From: Nemertoderma westbladi
Lineage: Eukaryota; Animalia; Xenacoelomorpha
Assembly (NCBI GenBank): GCA_032718475.1
Contig: JAUCBJ010001005.1
Coordinates: forward strand, 10,751-74,750
Length of the DNA stretch: 64,000 bases
Direction of reading: 5' to 3'
Below, piece by piece: positions 38,421 through 50,418 of this stretch. The stretch's first letter is position 1. Each line of letters opens with the position of its first letter. Under the pieces are notes generated by a model. The model searched no databases. It was not told the origin of the DNA and saw nothing but the letters and a program-made list of their open reading frames with translations. Made by a program: the position numbers and the translations under genes.

Positions 38421-39614
38421 TGTAAAAGCTTTTGCGGATATACTCAGTCCCCCTCGACCGCAAGGTACCGTTATAGGTGTTTTAACGGACATAAAAGTCA
38501 TTCTTCTATATGTGTGCTTTGGTGGACATGGTAAGGCAAAAAACCCGCAATGCGTCAAATACCCTGGCACAGCTTAGCCTTGATGATTCAGATTACGACA
38601 TCTAACAGCTGGTTGCTGACATGGAAACAGCCATTGGACACATGGTTCTTTGTTTAGCTTAACAGCCAATCAGAGCGATTTTTTCTGTCGATGTGGAGAT
38701 TTTTGGCAGATCATGCTAGGAGTGTTCAGTCTTACTGTTTTTCTTGATACTGTTGTGTTGTTTCTATCTAGGCCAGGAACACCGGCTCTAGAGTCAATTC
38801 GTTTCAGACTTTAGAAGAAACATTAGTAGGCTTAAGATTATAGAGCGTATAACTGTTATCTTAACATATCATATCACATACCATAACAATCACTTGTCAT
38901 ATCATATCTTAACCTACCGTCTTAATGCTTTTACTGTTGTCATATTTTGTATCAGTTAGTTGAATATTATTTGGAGAACATTTATAAAGAACCCAAATTT
39001 CCCAATTTTCTTGATACACTACAGGTTAGAGAGACAGGTTACATATAGCGATTGCGACTTACATTATTGTGGTTTGTAGTGAATTTAATGCTATTTGATA
39101 AGCCCTACATGAGTCAGTTGCTGTTCTCTTTATATATGATAAAATTCATTGACGGTCGGCAAATTAGTGAGCAGTATTGTGTGTTACTGGTAGTGCGCAT
39201 GATTGTGACTGATAACTAAGCATTTCCTAAAGAATGCGCCTCATACGTGAATCATAAGACTTACCGACTTACCGTTGTGATTAGTATAAGTCATATCTCT
39301 GTTTACCTAGATAGAGCGCCACGTCCTAAAGGAACTGTTAATATTTCCCGAAAGTGAATAATATTAGTCAGAAATTATTTATTAACGATCAATCGAATAA
39401 TACAGTAAGCTTACACTGCAATAATAATCTAAGCCCTCAGAATCCAGTCTCCCAGGTATATCCAGCGGGTGAATGGACACGCACTAGGCTGGCTTCTGCT
39501 AATGTTGTGTTTATTGGTATTAAATATTTGTCAATTTCTAAAGTCTATTTATAAACTAAAAGACATATAAATTTTGGCAGGTTAAACTGCTAAAGGTCTT
39601 CAAAAGCGCGTACA
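38421..39614 (+). repeat. 5' LTR of E2
   Basis: TGTAAAAGCTTTTGCGG...AAAAGCGCGTACA; direct repeat of 57464-58657. Confidence 0.97.
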
Positions 39615-39625
39615 ATAACAGTTAT
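39615..39625 (+). promoter_or_regulatory. E2 non-tRNA primer-binding site candidate ATAACAGTTAT
   Basis: First 11 nt after the 5' LTR CA; exact complement of ATAACTGTTAT at 38849-38859 (and 57892-57902). Confidence 0.7.
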
Positions 39626-41849
39626 TGACTTTATTGCAGTAAGCAATAAAGTTGAAAGTACCGGTCGACCGGTAAACCTGAACCGGTACTTCTGTAGGTC
39701 AGTAGGCCCAACTGCCAGAACCGGTACTGCTGTAGTTCCGTAGGTCCAACTGCCAGAACCGGTACTTCTGTAGGTCCATAGGCCCAACTGTCCTAACCGG
39801 TACTTCCAGTATAAGTACATTAGTATTATTCGATTTTGATTATTGTATACCGGTAGGTCTCGATATTAAATCGGGGACGCCTGGTTTTTATTGGGATTTT
39901 ACTTAGGTCTATTTCTGTCAGTTTTATTTCCTAGTAAGTTAATATTGAGCTGAAGACGTGTAAGTCTGCTCAGATTGTTCAGATAACTGTAGGCCGGACT
40001 GTTGTCGGATTGTTGTTGGGTTTGGAGAGATTACGGCGTGTGTAGAGTTTGTCTGATAAAGTGCCAGTTAGTAAGTTGGGCCAGCCATAGCTGTAAGGTC
40101 AATCCCCTCTTAAAGAATAAGTTGTACTACCGTGTTAGAACGCATACTAACTAACCATTTTGGAATCTGCACATACTGTAGTTTATTTAGGCTTGACAGT
40201 ATTCTGCCAGCGTTTTGGCCTGTGTTTGTTTGTGTGGTCTGTTCAGGTACCGTAATAGTTATTACTCAGATATTTTGTAGGCTGGATTGTTGTCTAGCTA
40301 TTATTAGGTCTGAAGAGATTGCTGCGTGTATAGAGTTTGTCTGATAAAGTGCCAGTTAGTAAGTTGGGGCAGCCATAGCTGTAAGGTCAATCCCCTCTTA
40401 AAGAATAAGTCGTACTACCGTGTTAGAACGCATACTAACTAACCATTTCGGAATCTGCACATACGGTAGTTTATTTAGGCTTGGTGGTAGTCTGCCAGCA
40501 TTTGGTTTGTATTTTGTTTGAGTAATCTGTACGGGTAGCGTAATATTTATTATTCAGAGTTTATGCGATTATTCGCAACATTCATGTCCCCAAGTTTATT
40601 CCTACAGTAATTGTGCTTGTTATACATACCGTTATAGTTAAATTAACCCCGGTACTACACGGACTGCTTGGCGTAGGAAAAGACTGGTGACTTTGTGCTC
40701 TGGTCACTCCAGCAGATGCCGTGGTTCTTTTAACTGTTCAAGTATATTTAACTACTGATTATTTGTTGTACCAGTACTTGTACCTAATTTAGGGTTTAGT
40801 GTACAGTGCTTTCCGAAAGTAATTAGTGTGTAGGCAGTATATTTGTGTTGTAAAGTGGTTAATAGGCACGTTGGATCTGGTAGTCCGCGGTAATTAACTT
40901 CTAGGTAGGAACACTCCGTGATACATATCGTAGTACCTATAGCGATACGGCTATAGGTCGTCAGGCGGTGGAATCTTCCTATCTGGACAGTGCAATATAT
41001 TTACTACTACTTATTATTTTAAAAAACCGTAGTACCCTGTCCGTTGTAATAATCAGAATCCTAACCCTTTATTAGGCTGGTTTGTAGACTTCCTGTGAAA
41101 TTACCCTAAAAATTTCGTACGTAATATTTTGTTGTGTTTAATTAGAGATTTAATCTCACCTTTATCGTAAGTAATTTGCAGTATTAAGTAACTTAGGTAA
41201 ATTAGAATTATCTGTTTTAGTGTCCATTAAATAGCACTTCACTGAGAGCGCACAGCTTCTGTGTAGTGACCCCCCAGAAATAATAACATTTATTTCAAAT
41301 ATTGACAAAACCCCCTTTAAACGGGTATATAAATATTATAAATCAACTCAAACGATTTATAAATAGTAGGCCTGCCATACAATAACTAGGTCTCAATATC
41401 GGTTGGACTACTGCTTAAATAACGGTAATAAAGTAAGTTAAAGTAACCAAGTAACCCCAAAATATTCAGAAATTCAATTATTCTAAAATAATTGACATAC
41501 CGGTATTTACCATAGGCTTATTATATTTATTTCTATAAATTTGAACTAAAATCATACCGGTATTCTGTAATTAATTCTAGTTTATAATTATACTTATATA
41601 TACTATAAGTGTAAGCTGCATACCTGTATTCACGATAGGCCTATTATATATTTATATATATTTGTCCTAAAATTATATACCGGTATTCTGAGACAAACCT
41701 AGTTTACAATACTTATATATATTATAAGTGTATACCGGTATTCTAATATACTGTAATAAATTAACGGTACTAGGCCAACGGTCATACTGAATTACTAGAC
41801 TTGCTTTAACGGTAACTATAGCAGTAGGCATTCAACCGTATAGCTAAAC

Positions 41850-44800
41850 ATGTCTGACACCCAGCAAAACCTGTCAGACAGTCTAATCGATACAACCATC
41901 TGTGACACAGATAGGAGTGTGGAGCGATTAAGAAAGGAGTTCAGCTCACCTCCTACTGAAAGAAAGGTCATCCCTCCAGTAGTAGTATCCGACCCTAAGC
42001 TAATCCAACACCGTAGGTCCATCATCGGCACTCGGGCCCAGGTCAAACGGAACCAGGAAGCAGCTGTCCAACAGCAGCAACATCCTAGTCAAGAAACTTG
42101 TTCCCAGCGATCCGATAGCTCCAGTAGTTCGGATACTGTAGAGCTGACCCCGAACGCGGAGTGCAGATGGCGGCTACAGCCTACTCGGATCCCCTTCTCA
42201 CCCTTCCTGCCGCAGTGCTAACTACTATATTGATTGCGGTGGAGGAACATCAAGCCGATTGGGCGAGAAGTAAGTGAGCGACCCAAGATAATTATGCGGG
42301 ATACGCCAGGGAAGAATTGATGTCTATTGTCGAGTCACAATGGAACTTTCCCGGACCCGGACTTCCATTAGATTTGTCCGAAGCTACTTGGGAAGATATA
42401 CACAGGATGGGAGTGGCTAAAGATACGATGGATCCAGCTGTTTGGAAGAGGTCGGCAGCAGGATATGTGCAGGGATTCTTCAGCTCCTTAGAGCGATTGG
42501 AAGAACAATTGTTTCGACAACCCCAAGGACCTCAAGAGCAGGAAGAGCTGCTTTATCAAGTACGCGAAAGAACCCTACGCATTAGACTAATCCTATCAGC
42601 CTTTGAGGAAACTTCCAAAAGAAGACAGGACACGTTGCTGCAGGTTGCTGTCAAGACTTGGTTCCAGCGGGTAGGTCTCAAAGTTCAAGAAACGGCCCAG
42701 TGGAAATCCCAGCTGACTGAGTGACCAACCTATGAAGAACCAACCGATACTACCCTTTCTCAAATAGAAAGCGAAGAGACACCAGCAGAGCAGCCGCCCT
42801 CGAGAGACGCCATAGACATCTATCTGTCAGACTATCATCGATTCCTAGGAGACAAAGAGTTGAGGAGACGACTGTCTGGACTTCGCCCTAATAGTGAAGG
42901 AACCAAGCTTGTGTTGGACGCAATCGATGCGTAAATGTTAGCTGCAAACCAAGCTAAATTTGATGAAAAACTCCGCCTCGCTAGAGTCCAAGAAGAACAA
43001 GTAAAGAAAAAACGGATAGAGGACCGAAAGGCAGCAGCAGTAACGGCGGCAGAAGCAGAAGCAGCAAAGGCAGCGGCAGCGACAGAAGCAGAAGCAGCAA
43101 AGGCAGCGGCAGCGGCAGAAGCAGAAGCAACAAAGGCAGCGGCAGCAGCAGAAGCAGAAAGAAAGGCAGCGGTGGCAAAAGCAGAACTGAGAGCGTCTGA
43201 GGAGACTACCCAACTAGAGTTGGAAAATCTGCAAGAGACGCAAGACAACATAAATAAACAGTTAACTGCTAGTCACATGCAGATGATGCGAAGATCTACT
43301 CCCAAACGCCAGGGATATACATCATCGGAGGAAAGCGAAACCACCGATCCTGAAGGCGGAGGAAATAGATCTCGTCTAAGCAGGCGTAGAAAAACATCTT
43401 ACCGTCACAAATTGCCTGATTTGCCCCCAGCTGTTAGAAGGCAACTAGCTAGCACAGACTTAAGTAGTATAGAACCTACAGACCAAATTATTAAGGTCAA
43501 AAAACTCCCTACTATAGTTGATGAGCCTGAAATAATTAGGCCTGTCGTTCCCAAAGTCACTCCTGTGCTAGAGACCCCTGTACTTCCAGAGCTTAACTCT
43601 AAATTCCCTTTACACAGTACTACACTGCCTGTACCCGGTAGAACAGTCCATGAGAATATCCCTGTCCTGGAAGCTGAGAGAGAAATCAAAGATTTGTCTC
43701 CTGTCGTCCCGCGTCAGCCCACTACAATGTTGGCGACTCCCGCTTCGGCGGTCGAGTGGGTAGAGGAGGGACGGCGGGGGATGAATCTCCTGCTCGGACA
43801 GATGCAGGAGACTGTCCACCAACTTAAGGGAACCGTAAGGGAAGGTAGGGCAGAATTGCAAGAAGTGCAGCTAAGTATCGCGCTAGAACGCGACAAATTA
43901 GTCAATATACAAAATGGTATACCAATACCCCCTGTAAAATTGTGTCAACCTGTTAGGTCTGAAGTATTACATGCGCAAGGTGTTGAGCCTACACGCATCT
44001 ATACTGCTAGTGAAGTAGAAACTCCTGTAGCAAACCCTATTAAGGTTGATTATAGACCTGTTGTTAATGATATTCCCTATAGACCTGATAATGATCCGAG
44101 AAATTTATACACCGATAATTCGATATTAAATAACACGATGGCCAAGAAAGCTTTACGCGTCAGATGGCTAGAACAGAAGCCCGCCAAGCGGTCAAAGTGG
44201 GAGAGATCGTCAAATTCAATGGAGATGAGATGAAATGGTTACCTTTCAACGAATATTACAAAGACAGCATACAGAACTCTGTGCTATCTAACGGAGAGAA
44301 ACTTAGGTTCCTCATCAAGTGCTTGGAAGGACCTCCCAAGTTAATGGCGTTAAAGTTTATTGGACATCCAGAAGGATTAAGACAAGTTTGGGATACATTA
44401 AACATCAGGTATGGTAACAAGGATAACATAGCTAAGTATTTGTATGCAAAATTAGTAGCCCCCCGAAACTTCCTTAGTAGCGGGATTATAGAGTTTTCCG
44501 ATGAGATTCAGGAGATCTGTAGACAATTGGACTGGTTAGGTAAGTCTCATGAATATCAGAGTTCCATGGTTATTGGAGCCGTAGTCTCTACTTGACCAAA
44601 GGGTGGAGTATGTACCCGTTGGGACAAGAAAGTGTTGTACATGAATGAACAGCAACGACGAAGCCCTACCATGACTGATCTCATGTCCTTCTTAGATGGT
44701 GAAGTGAAACTACAACTCATCAAGCAGTCCAGAGAAAAAACATCGGAAAATAAGGTAAGTGAGAAACCCGTTTCTAGGAGAAGAGTCACACCAGTGTGTT

Positions 44801-47800
44801 ACACTGACGACGGCGAAACCCAAGCTTCTCAAGAAGAGGACAGCGGGAAAGACACTGACAAATTTTACTACGTTAACAAAACCCCAAAAGACGTAAGTAA
44901 ATATAAGGCTCGAACCAACGATAGGAGAGAACAGGTTGCCAAGACCCCTCCTCAGTCTCCTAACAGAATGCACGGAAGAAAGCCCGAAGAAAGAACGAGA
45001 GTGCATCAGGTTACCCAAGGTAAAGTGAGTAACATAAAACCTAACTGTGCTCTGTGCGACGGGACCCACCGTTTGAGTGCGTGTGCTGAATTTCTAAAGA
45101 AATCTCTTGTAGACAGACGTGCAGTCGTGTGGGATAAGCGGTTATGCTATAATTGCCTCAGACCAGGACACCAACGGCGAACCTGTTACTCCGACGTAAA
45201 GTGTGCAAAGTGTAGCGCGAAACATCACATCTTGTTACACAGTGAGTTCGAACGAGACAACCCGAGTCAGGTAAGTGAGCCCGAACTACATGTCCAATTC
45301 AGTGATGTAAATGACACTGATCAAGAATCTGAGATGGAAGGATTCTATACTGACGAATTCTCCGACGCCAACGAATCCTGTTATCTAATCAATACCGCGG
45401 TGTATCGAGCACTTACTTATGAAAAGGACACCAACAATGAGTTTCCCCCAACTACTTTTGCCAGACAACCATCGTGGAAAGCTCCAACTTCCAACGTAGG
45501 AATCAGAGAATTTCCTGTAGTGCAGGTAAGAGTTCATGGTCCTAACAAAAGTTACATAGTGAACGCACTCCTTGACTCCGGCAGCACAGGAACATTCATC
45601 GATCAAGAACTAGCCGAAGATATCTTTGCTGGACAACCCAAATTCCGGACTAAATTGAATATGTCAGGAATTATGCAGGTTTGGAAATCTACCCTAACGG
45701 CAGATTACTATGTAGGTGTGTTGTCCACCCCCCAGGATAAATTAGGAGCACAAGGGATAAGGTCGGTAAAAATGGTGGCTATAAAGAACTTCGCTAATAC
45801 CCAAGCAGACCTTTATAATTGGGACGAGGATGAGAGCATCCAACATCTTAAGATACCTCGATTCCAGACAGATTATCCTGGAGTGCAAATACTCATCGGC
45901 CAAAACGCGCATGAGGCGCTCGAGACATTGGAGAAACGGCCTGCTCAACCGCAGCCACTGCAAACCTATGCGGTAAGAACTAGAGTAGGTTGGTACTTTA
46001 CTGGCCCTTCCCGCAGGACTCTCGAAGAGAGAATGCCACAAGAACGAATATACCAAGTAAACGATTGGGAAGTGGAGAGCAGTGAGGTGGACGAACTAAC
46101 TGAGGGAACACCATACTCCTCAGATAATGACGACATCTACCAGCTCTTCGATGAAGAGAACACAATCGACCTACTTACAGAAAACCAAACTTGGAAAAAT
46201 CAGGTGAACCTATGTCAACTGATTCGCCCATCGGAACCCATTGCTTACAATGACGAACTAAACGATGAGATAGAGCGCTACAACGCTAGAACTCGGGACG
46301 AACTAGCCGTACGATTCTTTACTCAAGAACTGGTAGAGCCCAATTCATACGATAAGGCTCTATCGATAGAAGAAGAAAGAGCCAAGCAAATCCAGGAAAC
46401 AACTACACGTTTTTTAAAGGACCAAGGTAGATATGAAATCGGCCTACCATTTCGAAAACGAGAACCTAGATTTATAAATAACAGACCCTTGGCAGAGAAA
46501 AGAATCGCTCAATTGCATCAACGCCTTACGGCTAATGCTTCAGCCAAAGAAATGTACCAAACTCAGCTGAAGAAATTTATAACAAAGGGATACGCGGAGT
46601 GAGTACCGGAAGGAACACCAGTGACTGAGAGAACGTATTACTTAACACATCATTACGTTCCCAAACCCGGTAAACCCCATGAAGTACGAGTCGTATTCGA
46701 TGGCTCCGCGCTATATATGGGCCAATCCCTCAATTCCGACTTGTTACCAGGACCCAACTTACTCCAATCTTTGTTGGGAATACTTTTAAGATTAAGACAA
46801 TATTCCATCGCGTTCGCCTCCGATATAGAAGGAATGTTCTTACAAGTCAAGGCGCTGGATAGAGATAGAGACAGCCTGAGATTTCTGTGGTGGCCTGAAG
46901 GAGACCTCAATCAGAAACCTGTAGAGTACTGGATGACCATCCAGGCTTTTGGGATCATATCTAGTCCTTCCAACGCCTGCTCCGTGGTGCGAACCACTGC
47001 GAATGACAACCGAGACTCCTTCTCAAAAGAGGTGATAGACAACATCAAGTGTAATATATACATGGACGATAATTTAAGGTCCCTTCCATCAGTAGAAGAA
47101 GCCATTGATGTCGCGAAAGGAACAGTAGAGTGTTTGAAAAGAGGTGGATTTCGACTGACGAAATTCACCAGCAACTCCCGTGAGTTTCTGGAAGCGATAC
47201 CAGTAGAAGACTGAGGAACGAAAGACCTAGACTTAATAAAGGACGATCTTCCTGAAACCAAGACGCTTGGCTTGAAGTGGGACACTGAAAGAGACATCCT
47301 GTTTTTTCAGTTAAAACAGCGAGATAATCCAGTTCGGACCAAACGGATTTGTTTAAGTATCCTGAGCACTTATTTCGACCCATTGGGATTTATTAGCCCA
47401 GTTATATTGATTGCTCGGAGTTTAGTACAACAAATGTGGCTTGAAAACCACTCATGGGACGATCCGCTCAAGGGAGAACTGTTAAAGAAATGGATGAAAT
47501 GGGAGGACTCTCTACCTGCCATCGAGAACTTTATAATTTCCCGTGCATATTTTGGTCATGTTCTTCCTACTTATTCCTATCAACTCCATGTGTTTGAAGA
47601 CGCCAGCGACATGGGAATAGGTATAGTGGCATATCTGCGAGTCGAAACTCCGGATGGAATCAAAGTCGCCTTGGTTACCTCTAAGGCATTGATCAACAAC
47701 AAGTTAAAGGTTCCTCGAGCGGAGTTAAAGGCGGCTTTATACGCTACAGCCATCGGCCGGAACGTAACAGAACAAATCGACTATCCACTGGAGAAAACGG

Positions 47801-49959
47801 TTTATAACGGTTATTTAAAACGGACCGACGCTTTACTCGTGTTGGAGTATCAAACCAATGAAGTCTGTCAGTTCAGCGTTTTTGTTACTAACAGGGTAGC
47901 TATTATTCTTAGTCGCACAAAGATAGATCAATGGAGACATTGCCCTGGTACGATTAACCCAGCCGATATCGCCTCCCGGGGAGCAACTCCACAGGAACTG
48001 ATAGATACTCCAGATTGGTTGGGTGGACCCGACTTCCTGAGCAAGGAAGAGGATAAATGGCCTCCTCACCTTACTACGGCGGAGATTAGACAAGCCAAGG
48101 GAGCGGAGACAGTCAAACCTAAAACCCGGGCGAGTAAATTGAAGTTATTTAAACCGACTATCGATCTATCTGTATTACATACTTCCGGGAATGATGCTTC
48201 GGATCCACAATCCCTCAACACAAATAAGGCTGTTGTGGAAATTAGAGGTAGAGACTGGAAATCTGGAATACCTGACATCTCGCACGGAATCTCACCCCTG
48301 CTGCAGCGAGCAATGCATCACTACAGTTCCTGGAATCGGCTCTGTAAAGCCGTTACGTATTTAAGGAGATGTTTTCATCATCACTACTCCAGGACAAAGA
48401 CCATTAGTGATATCGCTCCATTGACATCTGCACAAGTTCATGTTATTAAAAATTTACCCAAATATAAGACATCTGACCGTTTTCTAAAGGAGAAAATTAG
48501 TCACCAGGAGCATGAAGAAACCAATAAGCAGATACTGAGACTCCTGCAATGCTATGAGGATTCCGAAAAGTATTTCCTGTTGTTGAGAAATCCGCAGATG
48601 CGCTTAAGGGATCGATTCTCTAGCACAATGATAGATGGGTTAATACGTGTTGGAGGAAGGCTCACCAATGCGCCCTTATCCTTTGACACTAAATTCCCCA
48701 TACTTATTAGAAATCTTGAAGTACAAATCAAGATGATTGTAGATGTTCACAGTAAACTTTATCATGCTGGTAGAGAACGAGTTCTTAGCGAAATTCGAAC
48801 TCGCTATTATTTTGATAAACCCCGTAGAGCTCTGAACCAAGTTCTTAGGGACCGCATACCCTGTAGGAAAGCATTCAGTAGGCCTTTAACACAGCGAGAG
48901 GCAGAATTACCTAGGGAACGAGTAAGCTTCTATGAACCACCTTTTACTAATACTGGTGTAGATTTATTTGGCCCTATTGAAGTATATCGTGCTAGGACTA
49001 TAGTCAAGAGATGGTGTGTCATCTTTGTGTGCATGACTTGTAGAGCCATCCATCTCGATATGGTGAACGATCTATCTACCAACAGCTTCGTATTAAGTTT
49101 ACGCCGACAGATCGCTCGCTTCGGGACGAGTAATACCATGAGATCGGATAAGGGAACGAACTTCATTGGTGCCAACAACGAAATACAGGCTTACGTGAAG
49201 GATTGGAACCAAAGACAGGTGGACGATCAGCTAAGGATAACAGCATCTAGCTGGACCTTTGACGCCGCCGACGCCCCTTGGTGGGGAGGAAGTTGGGAGA
49301 GATTAATTAGAAGTGTCAAGACCGCATTTCACTTTATAGTGCCATGCCGTGCGTATCTCACTGACGAACTTTTGCGGACGTTAATGGAGGAAATAGCTGC
49401 CTATCTCAACGAGAGACCGCTTATGCCAGTCTCATCGAGTCCCGATTCCCTGGAAGCGCTAACACCCACGCACTTCCTACTGAAGAAACCTGTAGCCATG
49501 CTCCCACGATCGGAGATTGCCGACGGAGACGAATACTGCCGTCGAACTTGGCAACTTATGCAGTTGCTATCTCGTCGTTTTGCTGACCATTTCGAGAAAC
49601 ATTATCTGCCCACGCTACAACTTCGAACTAAGTGGTTTGCGCAGCAAGAAAACGTCAGCGCCGGAGATATGGTGCTTATTGTAGATCCAGACCTACCACG
49701 TAAACGGTGGCAGACAGGTCGTATCATCGAGACTCACATCTCGGATGATGGTTTAGTACGCTCGGTAGAACTCATTGTCATGCGGCGTAACTTCAAGAAG
49801 CCAGGCATAATCTTTGAGACGCAACAACTCAATTGCCCAGTTGGTCGTTTATGTTTACTGGAAAGAGACAGAGAACTCTCCGGAAACTATGGAAGGCAAG
49901 ACACTCTTCCCACGACCACCTCCCTAATTCCTCAAACATCTAGGGACTCCCCAACGTGA
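41850..49959 (+). pseudogene. E2 gag-pol polyprotein (~2700 codons, several stops and frameshifts)
   Basis: DUF1759-like FNGDEMKWLPF..EKLRFLIKCLEG; BEL knuckles CALCDGTHRLSAC / CYNCLRPGHQRRTC / CAKCSAKHHILLH; PR ALLDSGS; RT YMDD; RH LHVFEDAS; IN GVDLFGP / SDKGTNF / WERLIRSVK. Confidence 0.97.
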
Positions 49960-50418
49960 TACGTCTGGAGTGGGTGTATGACTATATCATTTTATCTATT
50001 TTATTATATTTTATACGTGAACATTATTATGTACTTTATTATAATCGTTTTTATTCAATTTTATTTAGTAGAACGTTATTTTAGATTATTTAGTAGGTTA
50101 GTGCAATATATTATTGTTTATTACGTAATTACATATATAATATATATTTAGTGTGACGGCGAGAAATAATTTTTCTCTTTCCTTACTGTCCGTATCATAT
50201 TATAAATACGTGACTACAGTAAGATGAAATGTCCGTACTTATTAAAGTACAATAAAGCCACTACTATATTTAAGTATTATTGGTAGGCAGAGTATTAGGA
50301 ATGCAAAGTTCAGATCCTCGTGTCTCGGCTAAACCAAGCTCTGGGTAGACCTTGGAAACGACTTGCCTCTTCACACTGACATTGCTTCGTGCGATATTGC
50401 TCTTCTACCTTATATTAA

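Noticed and set aside
42835-43251. Antisense Cys-, Leu- or Ala-rich ORFs
   Set aside because: Shadows of the GCA-rich repeat in gag; other short antisense ORFs over pol and ORF3 were dismissed for the same reason.
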